A stretch of DNA of 64,000 nucleotides from Macrostomum lignano. Lineage: Eukaryota. The notes under the pieces were generated by a model. That model saw nothing but the letters and a program-made list of their open reading frames with translations, had not been told where the DNA came from and ran no database searches. The stretch is taken from the NCBI GenBank assembly GCA_002269645.1, contig NIVC01004017.1, positions 271 to 64,270 of the forward strand, given 5' to 3'. Of the stretch, positions 53,401 through 60,724 are shown piece by piece (the stretch's first letter is position 1; each line of letters begins with the position of its first letter). A program made the position numbers and the translations under genes.

Positions 53401-56400
53401 ATTAGTTACCAGTTTAATTGAAATGCCCAACCCACCCCTAACCGAATGAGTTCAATCCAGCAAAGCAAAACCAACCTGTTTATTAGCCTTGCGAATCCAG
53501 TCCTTCTCCAGTTTGAGCAGGCTGTGAAAGCTGTGCACAGCAGTGAGCATGTTAGCTTTCCGTCTAGAGGCCAGCTGGCCTGCTTGGTCAATTATCGACT
53601 GTATGCGAGCTTTCAAACTGTCCGGCATTTTATCACTGTAATTGGCCAAATGGCTTCGGCCAGTTTCGGACAGTTCAGCTGCCAGCTGTCCGCTGTTTGA
53701 CAAGTCGCTGGTGCTGACTGAGCGCGGCTTCGCCTGCTGCTGCTGCTGCTGCTGCTGTGATGAAGCAGAGTCGGCGGCCGCGGCAGCCGCAGAGAGGCGA
53801 GATTCGCTGGAGTCGCACCAGGCTTCCATTGATTGCAGGGCGGCGAAGTTCTGCGGTTGCGGTTGCGATTTTGGGGTGGTGTACGAGTGTCAGCTGTTTC
53901 ACACAGGGGGTGCGGTTGCGATTTTGGGGTGGTGTACGAGTGTCAGCTGTTTCACACAGGGGGTGCGGTTGCGATTTTGGGGTGGTGTACGAGTGTGAGC
54001 ACATCGGCCCAGGCTCGATTCCAAGTGCAGTCAAATTGATTTCGGGACTGAATTGGAACCTCGGCTTGGCTCTGCTCGTGTATAGTTAACGCCTTTGAGG
54101 GCCGACCCCTAAGTCACAGTGAAGTGTATATACCAGTGTACAGATATGGGAGAAGGAGAGGAGGAGGGAGAGATAGTGAAAAAAGAGAGACGGGGGAGAA
54201 GAGAGGGGAGAAGGAGAGAGGGAGAGAGGGGAGGAGAGAGGAGATGGAGAGAGTGGAAAAAGAAGAGAAGGGGAAGTAGATAGAAAGAGGAGATGGGGAG
54301 AAGGAGATGGGGAGAAGGAGATGAGGAAGGAGAGAGAGGGAAAGGGAGAGGGGGAGAGGGATAGTAGGAGGAGGGGTAAGAGGAGAGGGAAAAGAAGAGA
54401 GGGAAGAGATGGGCAGAAGATGAGGGAGAAAGAGACAGAGAGAAGTAGCGGGGGAAGAAGAGAGAGAGAGAGAGAGGAGAGGTGGAGAGGGGGAATAAAG
54501 ATCAGAGGCAAAGCAGGATGCGGAGATACCATCCCAGGCCATGGTCCAGACCATAGCGCGCACACAAGCGTTTAGAGATCCAAAGAATCGGTATCAGCAG
54601 ACAAATAACAATGACTGAGAAATACTACAGAGACCAGTCTACTCACAAGTAGCAACTAAAACATTTTGCAGCAAAAATTGAACTCAAAAAAGATTCCTTA
54701 CCTCGAGTCTGGCGCACAGCTCTGCTCGTTGCGCTTCCAACCGTTGCTGCACCGGCGCCAATCCGTTAGCAACCGATTCGGACCTGGCGCTAAGCGCCGC
54801 TCGATAACTCTCTTCGCAATAGGCGGCCAGTTCGCCGACTAAATCGCGAACAGCGCTAGCTTTTGGCGCCAGCGCCATCACGTCGGCAATGGCGCCGTCT
54901 AATTCGGCTAGTTGAGATTTCAAATCGGCGCGAGATTCTACGCGAACCAAAGCCAGAGTGCTGGCGAATTCGCTCATGTCCATGGACCAGTTCTCGAGCT
55001 CTTGTAGCTGCGACTGAATTGTGAGTTGGTTTTGCGGGATGCTCAGAATCAAGTTCTCATGCATTGAAATACCCCTATCCTAATGCATTGAAATACTCCT
55101 ATCATAAAGCATTGAAATACCCCTATCCTAATGCATTGAAATACCCCTATCCTAATGCATTGAAATACCCCTATCACAATGCATTGAAATACCCCTAATT
55201 AAAATACATTGAAATACCCCTATCACAATGCATTGAAATACCCTTATCTTAATGCTTTGAAATACCCCCAATTAAAATACATTGAAATACCCCTATCCAA
55301 ATGCATTGAAATACCCACATCGCAATGCATTGATATACACTTTATATCAAACATCTCGACATAGAAGCAGCCTATCTAAAAAACGTACATAATTTTCAAA
55401 TAAAGCATCTGTGTCCCTATAAAACGGGGGCCGTAGTCTGGTGGTCCAGCGGCCCAGGCTCGATTCCAAGTGCAGTCACATTAATTTGGGGATAAATTGG
55501 AATCCCGGCTTGGCTCTGCTTGTGCAATTAACGCCCAGCCGCAGGGCCAACCCCCAAGGCACATTGAAGTGTACATGTCTAACGATAAATAAAGTTAGGG
55601 CCGCTGTACACTCCTGTGTGTGTGCCTGTGCGTATGACTGCGTACGTATCCGCGCGCGCTTGTGCGCCTGCTCAGGGGAGTCGGTTGTGTACACGAAGGG
55701 CCGATCGACCCTTTCGTGTAGATAAGAAATTGGTACACAAGACCGTAAATAAATAATCTTAATGGTTTTTCTCTTTTCAATTTCGCACTGCGGGGTCAAA
55801 GGGGCGCTAATTAGCTATCAGATAAATCAATTACTCAGTTTTTTACAGATCCTTTATCTTGATATTACAATTAAATTATCGATTGATTGATTCTGGCTAT
55901 CTTCTGTTATCTCTCGACTTCAATCCCGTTATCAATATCAACCATGGTCAAAATTAGCAACCCTTGCCCCATTCTTTCGGGAAAGTCAGCCCACTGTCTT
56001 ATTAGTATATGAAGCCCTTACTGGCTTAAATGTATTCCTAACATAATTACCCACATTATCGTGTTCAATAAAGTCATTCCTGCACGCTGAAGAGTCGATT
56101 GACCCTGTCGGCTGTATGTACTTGTAGATAAAAAAATAACAGCATTTTATAGCTACTTTATTACCCAATTTCTTTGCGCACTGAGTTCACATGTACTATC
56201 AGGCCATGTTAGTAATCAGCAAGCAACCCTTGCCTATTTCTCAATCTCAATTAATTTAATTAGCATGCTTAAAGTGCACCAAGTTACACACAGGCCTGTC
56301 TATATAGAACCATAGCAGGTCAGCCAACTCACGCAAATCTTCGCCCTCTTAGCCACCAGATCGCCGACAAACTTGGCCCGACTCTCCGCTCTGCTAGCCA

Positions 56401-59400
56401 AATCCGACAGGCGCCGGATGAGCGCCCCGGCAGCTGTCTGCCTGTCCGGCTGGCTGGGGTCCGCTGCCAGACCTTCCAGCCGTGTGAGGCTCTCGCCGCC
56501 TCGCCGTTGCAGCAAAGCCACCAGGCTAGTTAAATGTCGGTGCCGCTCCGTCAGGCCGCCGCCTTCTTCGTCGCCGTCATTGTCCTCGTCTGAGGCGACG
56601 GCGATTGGCCGGCGAAGCAGCTGAGCAACTTCGTCGCACCAGGCCTCGGTCTCGCCGATCAGGCGCCACAGGGGGTCGCGCTGTTCCCGGCTGGCCCGCT
56701 TGTGCAGCTCGGCCAGCGCGTCGAAGGTGGCCAGCCAATCGGCGCTGAACTCGGCATAGTCTCGCTCTACTAGCTGCTGAGTTCTCGAGGCTTGCTCGCC
56801 AACGTTACTACTAGCGCCGTTGTTGTTAGTAGTAGTAGTAGTAGTAGTAGCCTCGCTAGTAGCTGAGGATGCACTGGAGCCTAAGCTGCACTGCAGTTCA
56901 GATAGGCGAGTGGCCAAGTCTCGATGCTGAGGATCCAGTTCCTGAAATTGATATTAATAATATAATAGTTATTATTGATGTGCAACTGACATCTCAGTGC
57001 AAGGACTGGGGGTTGCCACACACACCTTCAATTACCCCAGCTAATGCTGGCACCCATTTTACAGCTGAGTTAACTGAAGCAATGCTGAGTTAAGTGTCTT
57101 GCTCAAGGACACAAATCGTTCCAAGTGGGATCGGGAATCGAACCCCTGACCTTTCAGTCGTGAGTCTGAGCTCTGACTAATCCCCCCATCTCTTAGATGG
57201 ACTTTTATCGATCTACGGCTAAACCAAGTCTTTGACTTGGTACACCAAAAATACAACAGCTGCCTGAAACTGACTGACCTTCATCTCTGCCAGCCTCTCT
57301 GCAGCCGCCTCGGCCAGCGGCGCCAGCTGACCGCCTCTCTGCCCGGCCGCGCTCTGCAGGAAGTCCCGCTGACGGTTCAACGCCAGCCTCAGCTGGGTCA
57401 GGCATTCGTAGAATCCTCTGACTCGATCGGCCACCGCGGCCCGCCGCTGACAGTCCTGCCACACAGCGCTCAGCTCTGTCCAACGCTGCTCAATCTCTTC
57501 TAGTAGTTCCTGAATTTCCAAAGCGCTTTCGGCTGGCACGCGACCCTGCGAAATGCAGGAATCGCCCAGCTGCCTGACAGCAACCAGACGAGGCTCCCAG
57601 GTGTTTAATTCGTCGCGAATATCGTCTAGGAGTAGGCGATGCTGATCGGCTGATAGTTTCTCGGCAGCATCGCCGCTAGCTGCAGCGGATGCTGAGTCCT
57701 GCTGAGACTGCTGCTGATGAAGGCTACGCCGGCTGGCTTCCATTAGGCTGCTACGAGCGCTGTGTGTTAGCGATGTCAATTCTAGCATTGATTCAATGCG
57801 ATCGAACCAGTCTAGCAGACTGCGAACCTGTTTGGTTGAGAAAGACAATATTGCATTGTTATAGGAGCCGGGGTTTGGCCGATAGACTACCTAGCTGTGA
57901 CAACCATAGCCAGTCACGAGCCCATAGACGCTAAGGCTGAGATAGCCTTATGTTTCTCGTCAATGGCCTATGGCCACCAGACGAAATCAAACTACAGGAT
58001 TGGCGTTCCATAGTTAACTGCAAAGAATTGCGGAGTCAGGCGTGGATGTCATCACCCAGTTGCCTGCGCTACCTGTCCCGCAAATTGAGCATAATCTGAT
58101 TGAGCACTCATGCGTCGCAAAATACCCAAATTAAAGCCTGAAATCATGCAACTGCTCTCCTCATACATGGTTTCGGCCATAGACAATCGTCGAAGCATGG
58201 GTTGAATAAGATTGGCCGTGTCTTCAATTGAATGCCCTTAAAGCTTCGATAGTTTACCATAGACAGTTTTGTCAGAGCTACACTTTGAGAGTGAGGAGAG
58301 TTGGTTTTAGGGCTCCCCAGTGCGAGTACCATAGACTATTTCATGCTTTCTAACAAATCAATGAATTTATTGGATAGCCAGGCTAAAAAGCACCGTACAG
58401 TTACCATACAAAATCTTGAAGCCATTGATATCAACTTCGATAACAGTGCTTGAAGATTATCACCAAAAAACATATATTCTTTTCCAACCAACCTTATAGT
58501 TCAAATCGTCCACTACGCTATCCCCAAGGTCCTCGCCAGCAGAGTCGCCGCCGCTGCCGCCTCCACCAGCCGAAATCGGCATCGCCGGTTTTAAATCGCC
58601 AAAATCGCCAGCCTTCCATTTGGCTAATTTTTGACGCAGCGCTTCCGCACATTTCGGATTGTCGTGACAGGCTGACGTCACTTCTTCGGCTGTGGTCTCC
58701 AGCTTGCGCACGCAGCTAGATAGTGATTTCACCTTCGCTTCCTGGGTGTCCGATGAGAACACCTGCGACGGGGAAGGGTTGTTAATTTATGTTATTACCT
58801 GTCACTAGTTAGTTAGCAAGTATTCAGATGAGCAACCAAATCTACTGGCGCTAAGACAGGCATTGTTTGTTTTGTTGTTTGGGCAGCACTGTGTTCTTGG
58901 TTTTTATTGCGACGCCGTGATCAACGATTAATAATACAAAGACTGCTCAATTAGCACGGGAAACTATGCTTCTTAGAAAATGTTTATGAGGCTGGTTGTC
59001 ACCGAAAAAAATACACTACGGAGATATGTTGTGCCTGTCACATAGCTTTATTGATATTCATAAAGTTTATCGTTCAGAAAATTAGGATTCTATGTTATTT
59101 TATATTCTACATACAATTGCACATGTCCTGCGCCTATACACCATTAAAATGGCATGGCTCGACTCATTGGTTTTATGAATCTATTTTGTCATTCTTAGCT
59201 GATTGTGTAACAATGTGTGTAACAAAGATGATAAAATAGATTCATAAAACCAAATAGTCGAACTGTGCCATGCATTTTAAAGATTTTTAGGTGCAGGGAA
59301 TGCACGTAGAGTAAAAAATTAACATAGAATCCTAAATTTTTTAACGAAAAAACTTTATAAATATTCATGGAGCTATAGGAAAGGTACAACATATCAGAAG

Positions 59401-60551
59401 ATGAACATTGAGTCTGCCTCCTATGGAAAGCAATAACAATTTTTGTGCTGAAAAAACGAAAACTTCCTATCACCGTAGCGTATTTTTTCGGCGAAAACCA
59501 GCCTCCTTAACATTTTCTATGGTTCGACTGTCTCTTTAATATAATATAACTACAACTAAAGAAACAAGATCAAAACTGAGAACATTTAGCTAGTACATAA
59601 ATTGTCCACTATGCCGACTATGCTATCGATGGAGAATTTCCTGCTTTAAAATTGCATCCTTTTTGGCAGAATATCAGACAATAGAAATTAAAATAATCCT
59701 AATTCCTTTACTACAAAAACATGACAACTCACCACATCTCTAAGCAAGCTTTCATCCTCTTCAAATTGTCTCCAAGCCAGCAAGGCCGATTGCAGATCTG
59801 AGAATCGCTCAGAATTATAAGCCATGGTGTCTGTCCATCTAGCAGCTAGGCCTTCGATTCGGGTTTCCGTTCCACTCTCGCCATTAGCATCGGCGTCCAA
59901 TACCAGAGCGTCCTGCACTGACGCTACCAGAGCTTCCTGTATCTCCAAGTAGTCTTGAAACTCGCGATGCGATCTTAACTGCCGCTTGATGTCTTCTACA
60001 AATGGACCGACGCCGCCCACCGTCTCCTGCTCGATGCGGCCCTCAGCCCAGTGCAGAAATCCGCTCAGCCGTCGAATATCTCGCTCTTGAAGCGCGGCCA
60101 GACGCTTTCTTAGTCGAGCCTCTTTAGCAACAGCGGCTTGTCTGAGCGCGTCCCATCGGGTCTGAAGCAGCTGCACCTGCGACTGAATCTCTTTCCTAGC
60201 CGGACCGCTCAGCTCTCCGGAGGTGAGCAGTGCATCAGCCAGTTCCAAGACGCACCTGACGTCCTCCTGATTCTCAGTCAGCTGATCGGCAATTGCTTCG
60301 TGATCGCGATACTGCCGGCGAGCTTCGCGAACTGTGCTCAACTCGGATTCGGACACGGGCTCCGCTACCTTATCAGCGGGCTGCTGCCGATTCGAGTTTA
60401 GTTCGTCATTGTCAACAACGTCGTCGTTGTCGTCGTCTTGCTCGTCGGCAGCCGAGGCGACAAGATCTTCGGCGTCGAATAGCCATTCGAGGCAACGCTC
60501 CAGCGAGTGTTGATAGTCGCGCAATAGTGGCAATTGTTGCTGTTGCTGTTG
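1..60551 (-). CDS. DMD: Dystrophin/utrophin-family gene, partial (23 exons in window; 5' CH-domain exons and 3' ZZ/C-terminal exons lie outside)
   Basis: Exon peptides match dystrophin hallmarks recalled from the human protein. [17 protein letters not shown] matches R1 [35 protein letters not shown] matches R2 [36 protein letters not shown] matches [74 protein letters not shown] matches the WW/EF-hand region. All 22 introns are GT-AG and phase-consistent. Confidence 0.95.
1071..1725. repeat. Minisatellite, about 29-bp unit CCCCAAGCTGAGATCCCCGATTCTCTGAT, filling intron 22
   Basis: Direct reading of the tandem units. Confidence 0.92.
1738..2020 (-). CDS. DMD: Dystrophin exon 22
   Basis: Acceptor ctctatctcacag|GAC, donor G|gtgaga, phase 0/1. 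Peptide [13 protein letters not shown]...[11 protein letters not shown]...[22 protein letters not shown]. Confidence 0.88.
2047..2350. repeat. (TAG)n microsatellite filling intron 21
   Basis: Direct reading. Confidence 0.95.
2400..3049 (-). CDS. DMD: Dystrophin exon 21
   Basis: Phase-1 acceptor tcactctgccaatcctacag|TC, donor AAG|gtgaga (phase 0). Peptide (V)[34 protein letters not shown]...LAGQLK. Confidence 0.88.
6313..6958 (-). CDS. Probable alternative first coding exon of a short dystrophin isoform (about 215 unique N-terminal aa)
   Basis: ATG at 6958 ([18 protein letters not shown]...), with coding-like composition and an open frame to CGT G|gtgagt at 6313. The phase-1 donor is compatible with the phase-1 acceptor at 3049. 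The in-frame stop at 6290-6292 lies beyond the donor. Confidence 0.62.
7400..9330. repeat. Minisatellite, 45-bp unit (dimer of related 22/23-mers) TTTCAGGGTGACTCTCACAGCGACTTTGGAGAGATTCTCATGACA
   Basis: Direct reading. It explains the 15-aa-periodic ORFs 8318-9259 and 8438-9220. Confidence 0.95.
9880..10490. repeat. (CTGT)n microsatellite
   Basis: Direct reading. Confidence 0.95.
11010..11300. repeat. Minisatellite, 23-bp unit ATTCAGGGCGATTCTCATATGAG
   Basis: Direct reading. Confidence 0.9.
11375..11540 (-). CDS. DMD: Dystrophin exon 20 (not in ORF track)
   Basis: Acceptor ctcactgttccag|TCA, donor AAG|gtgagt, phase 0/1. Peptide [55 protein letters not shown]. Confidence 0.87.
11820..12766. 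repeat. Minisatellite, 23-bp unit ATTCAGGGCGACTCTCACATGAG
   Basis: Direct reading. It ends about 12 nt from the exon 19 donor. Confidence 0.95.
12779..13363 (-). CDS. DMD: Dystrophin exon 19
   Basis: Acceptor cacgcgcgcag|GTC, donor GAC|gtgagt, phase 0/0. Peptide [20 protein letters not shown]...[12 protein letters not shown]...[15 protein letters not shown]. Confidence 0.88.
13455..14330. repeat. Minisatellite, 16-bp unit GATATGAAATGTCGGA, with a higher-order duplication of about 401 bp
   Basis: Direct reading. The variant block TATGGATTGTTGCAG occurs at 13521 and 13922. Confidence 0.93.
14492..14849 (-). CDS. DMD: Dystrophin exon 18
   Basis: Acceptor gtttacctctccag|G (phase 2), donor AAG|gtttgt (phase 0). 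Peptide SSSVTST...[23 protein letters not shown]...FKEKADK. Confidence 0.88.
15040..15230 (-). mobile_element. tRNA-derived SINE family B copy
   Basis: Minus-strand head GGTTAGAGCGTCGGCACTCACGACTGAAAGGTCGGGGTTCGATTC, central GTGTCATTGAGCAAGACACTTAACTC. It is homologous to 57000-57185. Confidence 0.75.
15770..16395. repeat. 18-bp unit AGTGTCTGTGTCTGTCTT array
   Basis: Direct reading. Confidence 0.9.
17405..17860. repeat. Purine-rich array, about 28-bp unit GAGAGTGAAGAGACGGGAGTGAAGGAAG
   Basis: Direct reading. Confidence 0.9.
18880..19310. repeat. About 19-bp unit GTTCACACAAACCCCTGCA array
   Basis: Direct reading. Confidence 0.85.
19695..20102 (-). CDS. DMD: Dystrophin exon 17
   Basis: Acceptor ttacaaaattttcag|C (phase 2), donor AT|gtgagt (phase 2). 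Peptide [19 protein letters not shown]...[16 protein letters not shown]...EAEA(M). Confidence 0.82.
20370..22010. repeat. Pyrimidine-rich 23-bp unit CCCATTTTCACTCTTTCTCTTCT array
   Basis: Direct reading. It explains ORF 20268-22028. Confidence 0.95.
22595..22855. repeat. (CTGT)n microsatellite
   Basis: Direct reading. Confidence 0.9.
23470..24025. repeat. (GACA)n/(GGCA)n microsatellite
   Basis: Direct reading. Confidence 0.93.
24535..26070. repeat. Compound (GA)n plus GAGAGTAGCACAGATGTAGAAGT array
   Basis: Direct reading, with an internal block duplication of about 480 bp. Confidence 0.93.
26760..27790. repeat. Purine-rich array, about 37-bp unit GATGGAGAGAGAGATAGACAGGAGGGAGAGAGGCAGA
   Basis: Direct reading. 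Confidence 0.93.
28405..28945. repeat. 33-34-bp unit array with core GGGTCTAGCAATCCAC
   Basis: Direct reading. Two unit variants (CTGAATGT and CAGAAGATT) are segregated in blocks. Confidence 0.9.
29485..30920. repeat. 30/32-bp unit TGGGATTTCCAGAATAGGGAATCTACTAAA array
   Basis: Direct reading. Confidence 0.95.
30997..31520 (-). CDS. DMD: Dystrophin exon 16
   Basis: Acceptor cattcgcttccctag|CAA, donor GG|gtgagc, phase 0/2. Peptide [16 protein letters not shown]...[15 protein letters not shown](G). Confidence 0.85.
32236..32352 (-). CDS. DMD: Dystrophin exon 15 (not in ORF track)
   Basis: Acceptor tcgcacaattttcag|TCA, donor CAG|gtgagt, 39 codons. Peptide [39 protein letters not shown]. Confidence 0.82.
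32370..32850. repeat. 19-20-bp unit AAAAATCGATAATTGAGTT array
   Basis: Direct reading. It starts about 18 nt from the exon 15 acceptor. Confidence 0.9.
33038..33300 (-). mobile_element. SINE family A copy, head missing
   Basis: Shares CACTTTAAGCGACAT...ACACAGGAGTGTACAGCGGCCCTAACTTTAT...GCCAAGCCGAGA with the 61935 copy. Confidence 0.72.
33358..33552 (-). CDS. DMD: Dystrophin exon 14
   Basis: Acceptor ttgtatttgcag|TTT, donor CAG|gtgagt, 65 codons. Peptide [14 protein letters not shown]...RHELLQLQ. Confidence 0.82.
33837..34176. mobile_element. Small degenerate MITE
   Basis: Terminal inverted repeat ta|CTTTCAGTTCAGTAG ... CTACTGAACTGAAAG|ta with TA flanks and weak further similarity inward. 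Confidence 0.55.
35942..36190 (-). CDS. DMD: Dystrophin exon 13
   Basis: Acceptor ttttaatttccag|AGT, donor GAG|gtaagt, 83 codons. Peptide SLLTSDKS...[25 protein letters not shown]...RVQAE. Confidence 0.85.
36345..37625. repeat. 34-bp unit CTATATCAGTTTCCCTGTGTTTATGGGTGTGTTT array
   Basis: Direct reading. Confidence 0.95.
37984..38220 (-). CDS. DMD: Dystrophin exon 12 (not in ORF track)
   Basis: Acceptor ctcacccctccgcag|AAT, donor GAG|gtttgt, 79 codons. Peptide [23 protein letters not shown]...[12 protein letters not shown]. Confidence 0.87.
38234..39170. repeat. (GATA)n microsatellite, about 940 bp
   Basis: Direct reading. It starts about 14 nt from the exon 12 acceptor. Confidence 0.96.
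40120..40525. repeat. 27/31-bp unit array with core TCAATGTCACATTATCCTT
   Basis: Direct reading. Confidence 0.9.
41320..41755. repeat. About 16-bp CpG-rich unit GCGCGCTTATGCTAAT array
   Basis: Direct reading. Confidence 0.88.
42665..43265. repeat. 23-bp unit GACTAGAGTGACAATGATGATTA array
   Basis: Direct reading. Confidence 0.92.
43313..43954 (-). CDS. DMD: Dystrophin exon 11
   Basis: Acceptor caaaacctgcag|GTT, donor TCT|gtgagt, phase 0/0. Peptide [36 protein letters not shown]... Confidence 0.9.
44150..44422. repeat. (GACA)n microsatellite
   Basis: Direct reading. Confidence 0.93.
45150..45490. repeat. About 23-bp unit CTAATGCCACACTAATACTACTG array followed by (CTA)n
   Basis: Direct reading. 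Confidence 0.85.
46915..47070 (-). CDS. DMD: Dystrophin exon 10 (not in ORF track)
   Basis: Acceptor ttttatcgattccacag|AGT, donor CAG|gtgagt, 52 codons. Peptide [52 protein letters not shown], which closely resembles the dystrophin segment SLSEVKSEVEMVIKTGRQIVQKKQTENPKEL. Confidence 0.93.
47375..48075. repeat. 29-30-bp unit AAAATCTCACCCTAGAATAACGAAACTAC array
   Basis: Direct reading. Confidence 0.9.
48176..48413 (-). CDS. DMD: Dystrophin exon 9
   Basis: Acceptor ctttgtatccctcag|A, donor GAG|gttagt, phase 2/0. Peptide [20 protein letters not shown]...[13 protein letters not shown]. Confidence 0.88.
48445..50700. repeat. 33-bp unit AAAATCTCACCCAGTTTAAATTGATGATTATCC array (about 68 units) filling intron 8, with a 594-bp higher-order repeat
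   Basis: Direct reading. It explains the 11-aa-periodic 875-aa ORF, and matching ORF blocks end at 49042 and 49636. Confidence 0.96.
50720..50928 (-). CDS. DMD: Dystrophin exon 8 (not in ORF track)
   Basis: Acceptor ttctcgatctccactag|GTC, donor AG|gtagga, phase 0/2. Peptide [30 protein letters not shown]...LNKLDETYD(R). Confidence 0.87.
51040..51475. repeat. 24-bp unit AAGGAGATTGGAGGGCGATTCTCA degenerate array
   Basis: Direct reading. Confidence 0.85.
51510..52296. mobile_element. Non-autonomous Tc1/mariner-type MITE with 267-bp TIRs
   Basis: 51510-51776 is the near-perfect reverse complement of 52030-52296. The ends read ta|CGA(T/G)GGGTGTCCCAGAAG, both are flanked by TA, and the roughly 250-bp core is non-coding. 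Confidence 0.88.
52321..52668 (-). CDS. DMD: Dystrophin exon 7
   Basis: Acceptor ttttttcacttgtccag|GTG, donor GAG|gtgagt, phase 0/0. Peptide [23 protein letters not shown]...VEDRME. Confidence 0.88.
53270..53369 (-). mobile_element. Isolated hAT (Charlie-like) transposon terminus
   Basis: The minus strand reads CAGGGGCTGGCAAACTCCGGCCCGCGGGCCACGTGCGGCCC, which matches the characteristic Charlie-group end as recalled. No partner end was found. Confidence 0.6.
53476..53850 (-). CDS. DMD: Dystrophin exon 6
   Basis: Acceptor aaccgcaaccgcag|AAC, donor CAG|gttggt, phase 0/0. Peptide [19 protein letters not shown]...[12 protein letters not shown]. Confidence 0.82.
53852..53996. repeat. 53-bp unit, about 2.7 copies, overlapping the exon 6 acceptor region
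   Basis: GTACGAGTGT occurs at 53881, 53934 and 53987. Confidence 0.88.
54005..54130 (+). mobile_element. SINE family A fragment
   Basis: GGCCCAGGCTCGATTCCAAGTGCAGTC...CGGCTTGGCTCTGCTCGTG matches the 55427 copy. Confidence 0.65.
54145..54495. repeat. Purine-rich (GA) low-complexity tract
   Basis: Direct reading. A similar tract lies at about 53095-53250. Confidence 0.85.
54702..55013 (-). CDS. DMD: Dystrophin exon 5 (spectrin repeat)
   Basis: Acceptor ctcacaattcag|TCG, donor GAG|gtaagg, phase 0/0. Peptide [16 protein letters not shown]...LCARLE. Confidence 0.87.
55058..55340. repeat. 24-bp unit ATGCATTGAAATACCCCTATCCTA array
   Basis: Direct reading. Confidence 0.9.
55427..55700 (+). mobile_element. 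SINE family A copy
   Basis: GGGGCCGTAGTCTGGTGGTCCAGCGGCCCAGGCTCGATTCCAAGTGCAG...AAAGTTAGGGCCGCTGTACACTCCTGTGTG is the reverse complement of the 61935-62264 copy. Confidence 0.75.
56333..56941 (-). CDS. DMD: Dystrophin exon 4 (spectrin repeats)
   Basis: Acceptor atcaatttcag|GAA, donor TGC|gtgagt, phase 0/0. Peptide [17 protein letters not shown]...[12 protein letters not shown]...RAKIC. Confidence 0.88.
57000..57185 (-). mobile_element. tRNA-derived SINE family B copy, inside the 337-bp intron between exons 3 and 4
   Basis: Shares CAATTACCCCAGCTAATGCTG...TTTACAGCTG...GAGTTAAGTGTCTTGCTCAA...GAATCGAACCCC..GACCTTTCAGTCGTGAGT with 15040-15230. Confidence 0.75.
57279..57827 (-). CDS. DMD: Dystrophin exon 3 (spectrin repeat)
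   Basis: Acceptor ctttctcaaccaaacag|GTT, donor AAG|gtcagt, phase 0/0. Peptide [15 protein letters not shown]...[13 protein letters not shown]. Confidence 0.9.
58493..58762 (-). CDS. DMD: Dystrophin exon 2 (in-window)
   Basis: Acceptor cttccccgtcgcag|GTG, donor AAG|gttggt, phase 0/0. Peptide [14 protein letters not shown]...DDLNYK. Confidence 0.8.
59733..60551 (-). CDS. DMD: Dystrophin exon (in-window exon 1): hinge 1 end, spectrin repeats R1-R2, start of R3
   Basis: Acceptor ttttttataaacag|CAA, donor GTG|gtgagt, phase 0/0. Peptide [29 protein letters not shown]...[14 protein letters not shown]. Confidence 0.93.
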
Positions 60552-60724
60552 CTGTTTATAAAAAAGAAAAAAAGACATATTAGTATGCGTGAATATGTAT
60601 TAAGCAGACGAATATTGAAAATCAAAGACTACAGATAAGAAGACAGAGATGATACAGAAGAGATTAAGCTACCCTGCTGCTGAGTACACCAAAGTGTATT
60701 GAAAGACCTGTGGGACAGCAAATC

